A stretch of 64,000 nt of DNA, taken from the NCBI RefSeq assembly GCF_009914755.1, contig NC_060937.1; one strand, given 5' to 3'. The stretch is from the human T2T-CHM13v2.0 reference genome, Homo sapiens. The notes beneath the pieces were generated by a model, which saw only the letters and a list, made by a program, of their open reading frames with translations, made no database searches and was not told the origin of the DNA. The position numbers and the translations under genes were made by a program. Positions 12,517 to 27,099 of this stretch are shown piece after piece; positions within the stretch are counted from its first letter, which is position 1; each line of letters starts with the position of its first letter.

Positions 12517-14245
12517 AGGACAGTGCAGTTTTTGTGCTAAAAGGGAATACCAGAAGGACAGGTAAGGGTGTTTCCTCACCAATACTACTGCCTCCCTAAG
12601 TCAAGTCTAAGGGAGACTCCAAGAAAATCCCTCATAAAGTCTGGGAGTTTCTACAAGGAGGAACTACTACCTCACCCCTGCTGGGGCATCTGTTTGGGCA
12701 GGTGGCTTGCTCATCTCCCCCTGGGTTCAGCTCATCACAGAAAATGGAAAACAGTGAGGTTTGGCCATAGGGTAGCCCATGGCAGTCTGGCCTTCTGTCT
12801 TTTAATGTGGTAAGGTTCTGTGATGCTGTTGTGAGGTAAGTGCATATTAGAAGAAAAGGCTGGGTTTGAGCCTTCTTGCCAGGACTCAAGAGGGATTTGT
12901 TAGGGTTCCAGGACCTCGTTAGGGATTGACTGCTGGTTACAGGAGTGGAGGGACTGGAAGACTCCTGGAAGAGTTGAATCTCTGACTCAGAGAACTATGC
13001 AGTGTGGAGGCACAACAGGGCTCTCAAAGAACAGCCGTGCACCCCTCAGGAGGGTCAGCATCACACAGGTGGCTCAGTAATAGCCAGAGAGGCAGGACAA
13101 CCAACCAAGAAAGAGCTCTGACCAGGGTGCCAGGTAAGTCAGGACATTTAGCTTCTCCCATTCCCCATCGTCCCTAAAGCAACAGGAGTGAGGAAGCATG
13201 AAGAGCCTATATCCCACCTTGAATTCCAGTGTTGGAGTTAAAGGATGTGTAAGAGATGGACAATTCCAGATCCTTCAAGCCATGGGTCAGGCCTTTATTG
13301 GGAAGAGAAGATCTTTAAGCTTATAAAATTTGAGTTTTAAACTGAACATAGCCTACTTTTAAATAACTTGAAATTTCAGAAAATTTATGATAACCGATAG
13401 TGATATCATTCGGGAACAAGGAAAGGATATTTGATATAAGGTGGCCAAGGAGAGTGATAGAAAGAAGTAAAACCATTTCATGTCTAGATTCAAATATGTT
13501 GAAGATCCTTAATAAAACCATTATATGATTATGAAATTTGACTTCCAGAATTGTTTCTCAGTCTTTAATGTTTAAAATACTTTTGGAATTTCTAAATCAG
13601 CCAACCATAATCTGAATTTGTCATAAGAATCTACAGTAACCATAATTTTAGTCAGCAGACCATACTTCAAAAAACACTGACATAAAGAGACAGTGAATGT
13701 TAAATATTCTTAGTTGGAAGGCATCTAAAAATGCTTAAACCACTATGGGTTTTGACACCATTATTTTAACATTTTGAGAAAAAAAACTAGGAATATATAA
13801 TTAAGGAAGTACACATTTTTAAGTTTACCAAGAAAGGATGCCATGTTAGTTTCAGAGTAAGAGTGAAGTGTAGAACTTTAGAATTCCAGATCATCTGATA
13901 GCTTATCACCTAAAAATAGTTACTTAAAAATCAAGTGAGACATTTTATCAGTGTAGGAGCATTCTTTTTATAGGATTCTAATTTAATTTAAAATTTTCCA
14001 TGAAAACTAAGAAGTAGAATGCTTATGTAGATAGGAAGACAAGGAATAAATATTTCTCCAATTCCTTGTTCATTACCTTTTCAATAAGCAGCAGAAGTTG
14101 CCTAATATATAGTTTCGAATAAGTGAATATTAATATTTTCACTATGAAAATTACCACCTTCCACTTAATACAAACTTCTGAACATTTTAAAAATAAATAT
14201 GCACAAAGAAATATATTTATTTCTTTCGATTTTCCTGAGTACCCC

Positions 14246-14247
<2 letters not shown>

Positions 14248-14290
<43 letters not shown>
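14248..14290. repeat. (AC)21 microsatellite
   Basis: Perfect dinucleotide run of 43 bp. Confidence 0.98.
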
Positions 14291-14294
<4 letters not shown>

Positions 14295-14759
14295 TTTAAA
14301 AAATAATAATGTCCTTGAAGAAAATAAATTTAACTTTAGAACATAGCAACTAATACATGGAAAGCAAAAAAGGAAACATCTCTAGGTCATATCAAAGGAC
14401 TTATTCTTTCTTTCTTGGAATGGATTGCTTCTTTTAGTGCTAGAAAGTCACACATAATATGTTTTAGATTAGAAAAAAGGCAGTGATGATACTGGTGGTG
14501 ATGTGAGGGTGGTGGTAGTGGTGAGTTTGGTATGTTGGTAAACATAATATTCAATAGTAAATCATATCAAATGTGCATCTTAAAGAGCATTACACCTTTA
14601 ATGAAGCAGAAACATGGTCCATTCAAATTTCACCTGTGTAAAAATCTAAGCCGGCAAATAGAAGCGAAGAAGTCTTAAGTACGGACACACGTTCTGAGCT
14701 GTTTTTGCCTTTTCAAATTCTACCTCTCACACTTTTGGGTGAGTGTCTCAGAAAGGATA

Positions 14760-14980
14760 AAGAATCTAGATCTAGACTTACATTGACTGGAATTTGAATC
14801 TAGTATCACTTGTTAGCTCCTTGATCCCTTGATCCCTGCAAGGAATGTAAATTCTCTAAGCCTGTTTCCTCTCTGTGAAATGAGACATTAACATCATTTA
14901 TTATGATTAAGTGGAACAGAGTTACTGTGAAGTTCGAACAAAAGAATGCATTTAAATTACTCAGCACAGTGCCTAATTTT
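14760..14980 (+). mobile_element. MIR SINE
   Basis: ttctctaagcctgtttcctctctgtgaaatgaga...actcagcacagtgcct MIR core. Confidence 0.65.
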
Positions 14981-15714
14981 TTCAGTTTCTACTATTATTA
15001 CTACGATTACTACTACTACTATTGTTACTCTGTGCTAATGAAGACTAATTCAAGAATCTCATTTTTTTTTTTAACTTTGACTCTTTCTTTCTTGGTATCT
15101 ACTCCTCTTTTCCTGTCTTTTCCCCTCTTCCCTTGAACCATCTAAACCATGTTTTCAAACATTCTCTGAAGGCCTGTAAATTTCAATTTTTGTGTATCAA
15201 ATTTATATTGCACTGTCATGGCCTAAAAAGAGTTCATTTCCCTCCAATAAAGAAATCATGTGTTCAGCATTAATAGGGGCACACACAATAACTGAAATCT
15301 TCATTAATATCTCATTGTTTGAGATATTACTGCATTAGTCTTTATAATTCCATGAAGATGATGTTAAAATATTTTTTTCCCACTGATAAATAGTAAAATG
15401 AGGGTCATATGTCGCACTGTACTATCTGATTTCCTCAAAAATTAAAATATCCATTTTAAATTAATAAATGGGTAGTCTGCAGCTTGTGTTTGAGGGTCTG
15501 TGTGTGTCTGAAGCTAGTTTGCTAAGATTATTTGAGCACCACGACAAGGGAGGAGCTGGGGAAAGTAATACGAATATTTCTTATAATTGTGAGAATATTG
15601 TTTGGAGCTGCTTGAGGGGATGGGAAATTCAGCGGTGAGGCTGAAAATATGAAGCCATTTGATCTTAATGACTTTAGACAAAAGATGAAAAAATGGTCAC
15701 AAGACAGGAAGAAT

Positions 15715-15950
15715 TATATATATATGCACACACACGTATATATACACACGTGTGTATATGTGTCTATATGTATACATACATATATATGTATGTGTATATA
15801 TGTGTCTGTATGTACCTATATACACATAACTGATTATACATATATGTGTAAAAACCATAACTGGTTATACGTATACGTGTGTGTGTGTGTGTGTATACAC
15901 ACACATATATATACATATATATACATCCATATAGTATTATTTGACTCTAT
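15715..15950. repeat. Compound (TA)/(TG)/(CA) low-complexity repeat
   Basis: Alternating purine-pyrimidine tract seen directly. Confidence 0.9.
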
Positions 15951-16359
15951 GAATATTTATCTAGATGAAAATGTTATCACCAACTTTTCATTCTACATCT
16001 TCAATTTGGTAGGCCTTGTTGAAATGTTCAGATTTGTTAATATCCACCTTTTAAAACATAAAAATGTAAAATAAATTATGGAAATGAGAAACCAATCTTG
16101 TTTAAAAATTTGCTAAATAAAGTGTTATAGGCAAGTTGCATAATCTGGCTATTATGAGCAATTCTTACTTTATGCCTAGGAATTCAATAGAAGCTATTTT
16201 TAACAGAGCTTAGACCTCCTCCTATGTTACATCTTTTCCTCAGTTCACCTTTCTCCTCATGCTCAGTGTGCATAGATTTGCATACTGTTTAATTGTGGCA
16301 TAATCTGGGGCATGCTCACAATGTCACGTCGCTTCAGCAGCCATTTTGTTTTCTCATAG

Positions 16360-16716
<357 letters not shown>

Positions 16717-17929
16717 CAAAGTTCTACTTCTTTCATGAAAAGTGTTATCCATTTTATAATTTATTTTACTAAGCTAATTACATAAGTCTACATCTGGAAA
16801 TTTTACAGATGTCCATACTTTTTTGTGCAAAGGGATAATTTATAGCAAAATTTGTTTGTTACAATCGGAGTTAGAATGAATTCTGAGGGAAAATTCAAAC
16901 TGGGTTTCAGGAAGGCCTGACAACCAGCATTCAAAAGTTTGTTTTTCCCATATCTTACTACGTATTATCTTCAGAAACAAATGCCTCTCTTTGAGATAAA
17001 ACTCTTGCCATAATTTTGATGAATTCTCATAATGCACATTACACATATAACATGCTCTAGTTTTCATGTAATTTTTTAATAAAAATAAATTTATCATATT
17101 CTATTCATTGCATATTCCCAGTATATTAAAAATCAAACCCTAAATAAGTTAAGAGCCTCAGAGTCATGGAGAACGTAAAAGTACCCAAGTCTCTGATCTT
17201 CTAGCCTCGAGCTCTTTCTAATCCATCATTCAGTCTTTCCAATGAAACTTTTTCTCCAGACACCCGAAAAGTATAGCTCTGTTATCAGGCCCATAGGAAT
17301 GCTTGATCAAACAACTGTTTTACTTTTTACTCTAGTTTAAGTGGGTAATTTGACAGCCTGAGAAGGATATTGGTGTCCATCTGTCTGGAATTTACTCATC
17401 TATTGAGAGTTCTAACAGAATTATCCATGATTAGTTTTCTGCATTAGTTAGAACTGTATCACAATGACAAGCATCATAAGTTTGGTCCCTGTAAAGCTTT
17501 TTGGCTTTCTTTCTTATATAATAAAGTTCATCCTGACAGCAAATATGTGCAAGAAGATCTCTTGAGGCTGTTTGATGGCAGAAAGGAAAAGTCGATAACC
17601 TTCAAATACAAGCAAGTCTGAAGTAAAAATAATTCTGAAAGCTTTGTTGGGCGGTGAGTTCCAACTTATTGCTGACACCGTGGCAGAGGGATAGAAGAGC
17701 GATTATGAACTGCTTTCTAAAGATGTAAAACACAATAGATTTAAATAGTCAACAATGTTGAACTTCAACAAGAAAGATACTGAAATAACAGAAACCTTAT
17801 TCTGCCATTGTACTGAAACACAAGACAACTGGTTCTATGAGGCTGAATACAGTTCTTATTGCTGAAACACTGCAAGATATATAAAATAATGGAAATTCCC
17901 AAGCAAAACCATAATTCTTAAGAAGAAAA

Positions 17930-18250
17930 AGAAATTGGTTTGAAAGGTTAGGCTTTAAAGTTAGAGAACTTTCCTACCTAGATAAACATGGACATTTATG
18001 ATATAAATATATAAAACAAATAAGTCAAAAGTGTTTTGCTAGGATAAACAAATGAGAGGTATAAAGTGATCATTTCTCATACATCAAGAAATTATGAATG
18101 CGAGGAAGATCTTTTGAAAACGGAAGAAAAGTGAATTTAGTACAAATAAAAAAGTATTACTTTATACAACAAGCAGCTCACAGAGGTGATCTGGTTTGAA
18201 AATCTAAGTCAGTTCAAGAAGACTTGAGAAAAAACCATAAACAGAGTTCC
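17930..18250 (+). mobile_element. Ancient CR1-type LINE fragment
   Basis: tttagtacaaataaaaaagtattactttatacaac...gaaaatctaagtcagttcaagaagacttgag resembles CR1-class 3' ORF2/UTR; highly diverged. Confidence 0.4.
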
Positions 18251-19660
18251 AGTCTACCACTGAGACAATTAACATGATGAGGGGACACACTTATAAGCCA
18301 CATCATTTCCGTAAGTCATTCAATCTTGATGTTATAAATCTAGAACCTTGCAAACAATGAACTATGAAATGTTCTGCTAAGGGACTCATGGCCACTTACT
18401 TTATCAGACAGCAGGACAGGACAAGAGAATAGAGGATTCATTAATATAGTCATCAAATCAGACTGTGCATTTTTATATATATTACGCTTCTGCTTAAAGA
18501 TTAACGCATTCCTACTCTGATGTCTTTAGCCTGGCTCTCCCCTTCAACACTATACCTCCCCCGAAAGGATCAGTTTTCTCTGCCTTAATAATGGTAGCTT
18601 AGCAGACAGGATGATAGGATACAGGGGGACTTTAGATGTCATTCACTCTAAATCTTTCATTTTGTAGATGAAGACACTGAAAATCCTGAGAGCTTGTGAC
18701 CACCCATAATTTAATAGTCTCCTAGTGGTAGAACCTGGGCATGGATTTAAGTCCAGTGCCTTTTGCAGAACAGCCCAACAACATAGCACACACCCCTTAT
18801 AATCATGGATCTAGCAAGGCACTGAGAACTCAGTCTCGGATATGAGGCACTCACAATTCACCAGACTTGGTGAACAATATAATGGTTTGACAGATCTCTT
18901 TGATATATAAACATTTTTCCTCATGCCCCATTATTTCAGCAAGATGATCATTTGCACGCATTTTTTAATTCTAGGAAATCTCTTTTCATCCTAAAATTCT
19001 CAGAAAAATTAACTCCCTACAGTCAGGAAATCTTGAGACAATGTTGCCTATAGCAGATATTTTTCTAAGCTGGAATTATAATACTCACAAATAAATCTAT
19101 ACCTCATGTAATCATTTAGCTGTGGTTGGGTCTAGTTTCTTCCAGCCAACTTCCATGAAATATTCTGTTAGAAGCTTGGTGTGTAGCAGGCAGCCAATGA
19201 CTGTTTTCACTGGACAAGTAATTAGAAGGTTGGACCTCCTATTTTTTAAATATTATTTACCATTTTATGACATTATATCACAAATCTATTTGTTTATTAC
19301 CCATTTATCCCAGTAAAATTTAAGCTTCATTAGCAGAAGGGCTCTTTGTTGCCTTACTTTTGTATCACTATCATCCTTCACTGTGCATTCTGCCTGGAAA
19401 GTATTTGACACATTTTCATTGATGGTATCAAGGAAAGATTAGGACTACTCTATCTGCTTACATTTTATTGTATCTATAGTATTTTTCAAAATGAAATGTT
19501 CTGCGTTTGGGAAACTAGAATTTTTAGACATTCAATATAAGTTAGCCATTATGGAAAATGTAACATCCTAAACTCTTCTGTAAGAATTGTTCCAAAGACA
19601 TTTTCTAAGAAGAAAATTCCTTTAAAAACATTCTTAATGAGATATATTTAATTTAAATGA

Positions 19661-20053
<393 letters not shown>

Positions 20054-20425
20054 TGACCCTTTTTTCTAATTTAAACAAGATCACATTTTACCCACTTTAG
20101 ATTAATGAGAACCTACTCTATTTTAAAGTTCACCTGAGGATTTTGTTTAGTTATATAAGTAAAACATCAAATCTTGTCCCTATTAACTTTTCTTATTGAC
20201 AATACTTAAAGTATGGTTTTTATAATTTTTAAAACTGAAAAACATATTTATCTCAAATAGGCTGTCTTTTTTTTTTTCTGCCTTGATGTCATTTTAGTTT
20301 CTTCAGCAGTTTTGAGAGTTAACCCAAACTGATATTCTGAGATTTTGAATCATGAAATTTGTCACATATTTTCTAATAGCCAAATGATGAGATAGATATT
20401 ATAGCAGAGAGGTTTAAAATAATGA

Positions 20426-20857
<432 letters not shown>

Positions 20858-21453
20858 GGGAAAACAAGATTTTCACTAGCTACTTTAAGGTTTTCTACTT
20901 CACAGTGATTTGCTTCAGACCCAATACAACTTTCTATGACAAGAACAAAAAGAGAGTGGCGGATATCCTGTTGTTTAATTTCCTGTTATTTTAAATTAAT
21001 ATAGATTTCAAAGATAAATTTGAATGGATTGATTTTTTCAAAAGGTTTCAGTTACTTTATGTATAGAATCACTAATTCTTCAGAGTAATCTGCATGTACT
21101 TTTAGAAGACTTATCTATTAGGAATATTAGAATGATTATTTACATATAGTCAATGAGATATGTTGAAAAGTTTTAATAAACAAAAAACTCAGAGGGTCAG
21201 TCGTGGAATATGAAGTCATTAAAATCTGTAATTCTAAAATTTAAGGTTACGTTTCTTAAGCTGATTTTGTAAGCGGGTCCACCGCAGCTTGTAAAATAGT
21301 TGTTTGGCTTTGGGGGTTAGGTTCTTGGAGCTACAATAGTCAGAACCTATTCTAAACATTCCTAGGTCCCAAACATTAATGAATATTTTCTGAGCAACGA
21401 AATTCCGTGGCAGTAACATGTTTTTATTATATTTTCTATAGTAACACATTTAC

Positions 21454-21790
21454 CCAGGACCCACGGTAATATCATCCACTCGACGATGGTTGGTGGTGGA
21501 CCTTGCCTGTTCAAGTCTGACCTGTCGATGTGCTGAGAGGCAAGCAGCAGCAGGAACAAAAAAGTCAAATAGGAGGCTGTGTGGCAGATAAACTTGATAA
21601 ATGGCTTCCTGATGAACAGTCCAAGTGGGCTTTTGGGAGCTATCAGGTAGCACACAGAGAAGACAGGAAAAAGAAGTCCTATTATGAAACATGTCACCAT
21701 CTTCACTGCCCAGTGTCTTCTCCTCCAGCCTGGAAACTCATCGTACCAGCGAGATGCCAGCAGCTGTTGACAATTGGGCTGGGCAACAAA
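21454..21790 (-). CDS. TRPC4: TRPC4 internal coding exon, 337 nt (probably exon 4)
   Basis: Translates [112 protein letters not shown](G). Acceptor tttccttttcctttcccttctgtttag|TTT (phase 0); donor CTGG|gtaaat (phase 1). ASRWYDEF and IDRSDLNRQ match TRPC4 rather than TRPC5 as recalled. Exon number is from memory. Confidence 0.97.
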
Positions 21791-24584
21791 CTAAACAGAA
21801 GGGAAAGGAAAAGGAAAAATAAGTCACAGTTACATGGAGTGGCCTCAATTCATCAATAAGAACACAATTGTGATCTTTAAAGACAGAAATTCTGTTTCAC
21901 ATAATTTTACATTTAAACAATCAAAAGGCTTTAAGTCATTCTGTGAATAAAGCCAATGTATTGAATATTTATTCTACCCAAGGCACAGTATGACATGCTT
22001 AGTGAGACATAACTGAAGTCAAAATACTGTGGCTGCACTTGAGGAAGCAAAAATAGAACTGGGGAATACGAATATGCAAAAGATACGCTGATAAGTGAAC
22101 AAAGCAGTTTATAAAGATACACACCTATATACACATATATAAGAATATATAAGTGTGGCTCTTTTTTGATATAGTTGTTATCTCTTGGTTACAACATTAC
22201 ACTTAATTTTTATTTTTATATTTGTGTGTACTTTTAACAATTTTCTATAATAGATATTTATTACTTTCATCATCAGGAAAAGCAAATGAACTTTTCTTTA
22301 TGAGGTACAAGCTAAATATACTTTTAATTGGGTTGAGGCAATATGAAAAACAGATGAAAGAAAGTAGTATTCACCAGAATGTTAATCATCATAGCTTAAT
22401 TCGGTATAAACAATGCAAACACCTTACCTAAGTATACCTAATTGCCTTATACAAAACATTTCACAGACATGGCATCATTCTATCCTGACAACATTTTTGT
22501 GATGTAGCATGGACACTACTTACTGTATGTTAAGGAGGTTACATATCTATCAAATTATGAGATGTTTGAATATCTGGTCCAGGATTTTTTTCTCAATATC
22601 TCTTTTTTTCTCAGTATTTCTCAGATTTTTTTTCTCAACCTTTCTCATTGGGATTGTCAGTTAAGCAATATATGAATTAAGAGAAAATTGTATCTTTCAG
22701 ATGGAACAGTTCAAGAATGCTTCCACCGGGACATATTTGTATAAGTAGAAAAAGAAGATGAGGGTAATCCACGGCAAGATACCTTGGGAGAACAAGAGCA
22801 TAACCTGGTGAGAAAGTGTACAGTGGGATTAAACGATGCCCTATGGACAGTTCTGATTGAAGGAGAAGTGTAAGTTCCTTGTAAGAGACTTGGAGAAGTT
22901 CTGTTGACATCATAAAATAGGCTTACTCTATAAGCAAACTTAGTGCTTGTTCCTTTTACAGGACTCTCCACCCAACTCCACATTTCCCATCTTTCTTCTT
23001 TAGTTCTAAGCCATATGGCTGTCCTTGAAGCAAGACTTTTTCCTTTCTTTTTTCTGATGGTAAGCAAGCAAGCAGTCTCTGGATATGCAGAAAGGATGCT
23101 GTGTTTGGGGATGAAGAAAGAGATGAGGTGACATTCAAAGAGTAATCCAATAGTTGAGGTGTTCAACCATTTGGATTAGATGAACAATGGTTTTTCATGC
23201 AACTGTTTCTCTTCATCTTGTCTTGCATATCTACTCATCAATGTATATAGTGGGCAAATAAATATGCAAACAATTGAATTAAGTTTATAATAATGGGTTC
23301 AGTAAATACAGATAAAACCAGATAAAATAGTATGGTTTTAAGGCTGGGGTAGGGGGTACTATCCTCATTATCTTGTACGGCACTTACTTAAGGAAATTTC
23401 AAGCTCCATGAACAGTCAAGCTAAATTTTATTCTAGACAAAGCCAGGTATTTGAAAGTCAAAATAGAGTTTTTGCTTATATAACTGTAGAGTATTGATAA
23501 ACAGTGGTTTAGATCATTAACAAGCACTGTTCTCTTTAAGAGTTTTATTTTTTCCCCGTATAATCCTTCCCATCAGAATTTGATAAAGAAATCATAGTCT
23601 ACTATTTTCCTTTTTTTAATTCCCCATGGAATAAAATATTTTTAATAGTATTAAACTTTAGGACAGCTGAAAAGTCTTGATAAAAGAGAGTTAAGAAAAC
23701 CTATGGGAAATGCAAGATATAACAAGCAGTTGCCATCATCTTATCAGTAGTCACACAGTGACAAAACACTGTAAGGGACTAAGTACTAAGTAACTCATTC
23801 CGTGCATGCAGAACGAGTAAAAGAAAGTTATGTACTTTGTTCACTACAGTCTAAGTGAGGTCTTGGATTCAAACTCTGTTCTTCCTGGTCAAATCTCACT
23901 ACAGCATGGGGCACCTGAGGACAATCAAAGAACTTTCTTAGGAGAATTTAAGGTTTGTTTGAATTAATATTTTTGTTGCTGGATACACACATATATACTC
24001 TGTAAAATTACCTAAAAAAAAGCAAGGAATTTAATCCTCATAGAAAAGTTGCCATTGCAAAGTGCTAGGTTAGCCATGATTTTTTATTTATTTTTTTTCT
24101 TAAAAGTACTTTTTCTTTCTTTAGTTATTGAAAGTATATACCTGTGCTTAGTAAATGAACAGTATACGTAATTTTACGTTAAACACAGACACAGGGAGGT
24201 TTTTGCAGAAGTAAAAATTATGGAGAGGACTAAGAAGAGCAGGAGTGAGTGTGTGTAATACACAAAGTTCCCCAAATGTGGATGTTATTTGGCTATGTAT
24301 TTGATCCAATCATAGGATTGAAATAACCCAAAAAGTATTCTGAGAATCATTGTAAATCCACATATTCTCGTGGTAATTTCATGTCTCCTTTCGACCAAAC
24401 ATGCTCTTTACTTGTCTACACCAGCATTCCCTAAATTGTATCCCAGTAATTAATAGATTTTCCATGCAAAAATGGGTTTGGTGGTTAAATCAGTTATCAA
24501 ATTAAGGATTGAAATAATTAAAATTTTATATTATGGGATTTTTCAGTCTTTAATTTGTAACATAGATTAAATCACTTCAATTAT

Positions 24585-24715
24585 CTCTTGCCTCTCTTTC
24601 CCTCCCTGCCTGACTACCTCCCTCTCTTCCTTCTTCCCTTCTTTCCTTCCTTCCTTCCTCCCACCCTCACTCCCTTCCTCTCCCTGTGTCTTTTTCTCTC
24701 TGTTGCCTCCCTCAC
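24585..24715. repeat. CT-rich polypyrimidine low-complexity tract
   Basis: (CCTT)n/(CCCT)n-like run seen directly. Confidence 0.85.
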
Positions 24716-25438
24716 TGTTTACTTAGATTACTTGGAGTAATGCTCAGCTTTACTCCAACTCCCTCTGAAGGACACCCTCAGTGAGGGGCCACCTGATTCT
24801 TTGACAGTGGCCACCAGTACATTCCAGCAATGCCCTCTCCAGGTGGACCATCACATTGCCTGCAGTGTGCTGGGAGCCTACAGCCCCCCTCCTACTCCAT
24901 CTTTCTACTGCACCATGAGTCATAGGAGGAACTACCATCTTCCGCACCATTCCAGGACTGGGAGAAGCGAGGTTTGTTTTTAGACACAATTCATTACAGC
25001 CGTTCTTTCTCTAGAGTTGTTGGCCAATTCTAGCACAACTCCTGCCATCCCATTAAAATTCATATTAAAACACTAAAACTTTCAAATTCACATTTGTGCT
25101 GTGCACTTATAAAAGACGCTGTGAAAACAATTTTAAAGATGTCCCATCTCTTTCAATAAACTTTAAAAAGTTTGAAAAGTCTGATCTCATTATTATTTAT
25201 AGAATCACTGAGTCATGGGATTCCAAATATTGAAGACACTATGAAAACTATTGAATCTAATCTCATTTTTACAAATAGAATAAGAGAGATCCAGTATCAA
25301 TGATTTAAAATTAACTACTCGAAACATGAAAACTCCAAGCCACAATGGCAACAAAGAAAAGAATTACAAAAAGGAGGCTAAATCTGGAAAGTATATAAAA
25401 ACAAAACAAAACCAAATAAACAAGAAACTTCACTACAT

Positions 25439-25793
25439 TGTATTAGTCAGTTTTTATACCGCTGATAAAGACATACCCGAAACTGGGCACTTTACAGAAG
25501 AGGTTTAATGGACTCACAGTCCCATGTGGCTGGGGAGGTCTCACAGTTGTGGTGGTAGGTAAGAGGCACATCTCACATGATGGCAGACAAAAGAAGAGCG
25601 CTTGTGCAGGGAAACTCCCCTTTTTAAAACCATCAGATCTCATGAGACTTATTCACCATCATGAAAACAGCATGGGAAAGACCTGCCCCCATGATTCAAT
25701 TATCTCCCACCGGGTCTCTCCCACAACATGTGGGAATTATGGGAGCTACAATTCAAGATGAGATTTGGGTGGGGACACAGCCAAACCATATCA
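25439..25793 (-). mobile_element. THE1 (THE1B-like) MaLR solo LTR, same orientation as TRPC4
   Basis: Minus strand begins TGATATGGTTTGGCTGTGTCCCCACCCAAATCTCATCTTGAATTGTAGCTCCC and ends ...CTAATACA; 355 bp with TG..CA termini. Confidence 0.92.
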
Positions 25794-27099
25794 ACTATCT
25801 AGAAAAGTGAACTAAAACATTAATTGTACATGGACAAAGTAAGCAGAAAATAATTTAAAATATATAAAACAAATAAATCAAAAATAACTTTGAATCAGAT
25901 TTACTGTCTTCATCTTTTCAGTTTTTCAACTTATTTTTCTAGTTTGAAAAATTGTACCCAAAGTTCAGACTGTAGTCATTCTCTATAGGAAGAAAATCCA
26001 AATTCTAGGAACAACCGTCCTGGCTACTTTATCTATCTTGACTGCGTCAGAGAGTCACAAGGAAGTCTCAGCTGACTGCCGGGTGATTATAAAGAGAGTT
26101 GAAACTTTGGATTGGCTGTATCATAGTGATTTACATAAGGGCAATCTGATTCCTTTGCTCTAAAAGGACCACAAATTCATATACATACCAGTATGCTCTG
26201 GGTATTACTGTGTATTCTTCAGCAATTCAAAAATAATCTGTATGGGGGAGGAGTTATTTCCTCTGTCCAGAATACTTTTCAAAAACTCATTTTATAATGT
26301 CGATAGCAGGGTCTAAGGATTATTTACAGGCAGAAGAACTTCAGGGAATTAACTTTTTCCATAGCTGAAACATCTTTTTTTTTTTTTTTTTTAATCTTTT
26401 ATTTCATCTCCTACATCCCTCATGGTCACTAATGGCTTTTAAATGTCTCTGTCTCTCTCTGCTTCCTGGTGATACCTCTGGTCGTGCTCTTCATTAAACA
26501 ATTCTTCTGGCCCCTCTGAGCATAGTCATATCACATGATTAATCAGACCCACCTACTTCATTAATCAAAACATTATTTTCACCTGCCTTTCCAGGGCAGG
26601 TGAAACACTAATTAAGCCAATAGCATTCAGCATCATATGTGAGTCAGACAGTGGCTAGATAAGTGAGGGGAGTGCCATGATCTGTAAGAACCACATAAAT
26701 CTGTCTTCTGGGAACTCAAAATACATTGGGACTAATTATGTAACTGGATAACTTCATACAGAGCATTAGATAACTTGTTAAAAAGAGGTATAGGGTATAT
26801 AAGAGTATGTCCGACATGAAATAAACTGAAAATTTAAGAAAGGAAGTGGAATTTGTTAGTTAAGCCTGAAATAACAGATAGATTTCGACAGTGACAGCTT
26901 CGTAAGTGAATGTGTTTTATGTTAGATTAAAAGAATTTCATGTTAAAAACACAGGGATAGAGATAAGTGTGCTCAGATGAGAAATCTCTTGTGCTAGAAG
27001 GTTGTAACCAATTGTAGTTATAGTAGAGATGAAATGTAAAGGAAAACTGTGGCCATATTTTGGGATATGTATGAAAATGTTTGTTGAGGACATGCTTGA

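Noticed and set aside
15649-16074. 141-aa Cys/Tyr/His-rich ORF
   Set aside because: It is a translation of the TA/TG/CA microsatellite.
21454-21790. Paralogue TRPC5 or TRPC1, or a processed pseudogene
   Set aside because: Diagnostic residues match TRPC4 as recalled, the intron is intact, and there are no disabling mutations.
22585-22648. Reiterated TTTCTCA(G) resembling splice acceptors
   Set aside because: It is on the strand opposite TRPC4 and is best explained by local slippage duplication.
22711-23166. 151-aa minus-strand ORF as an extra TRPC4 exon
   Set aside because: No TRP-like or other recognisable similarity, a non-ATG start, and overlap with degenerate L2-like sequence.
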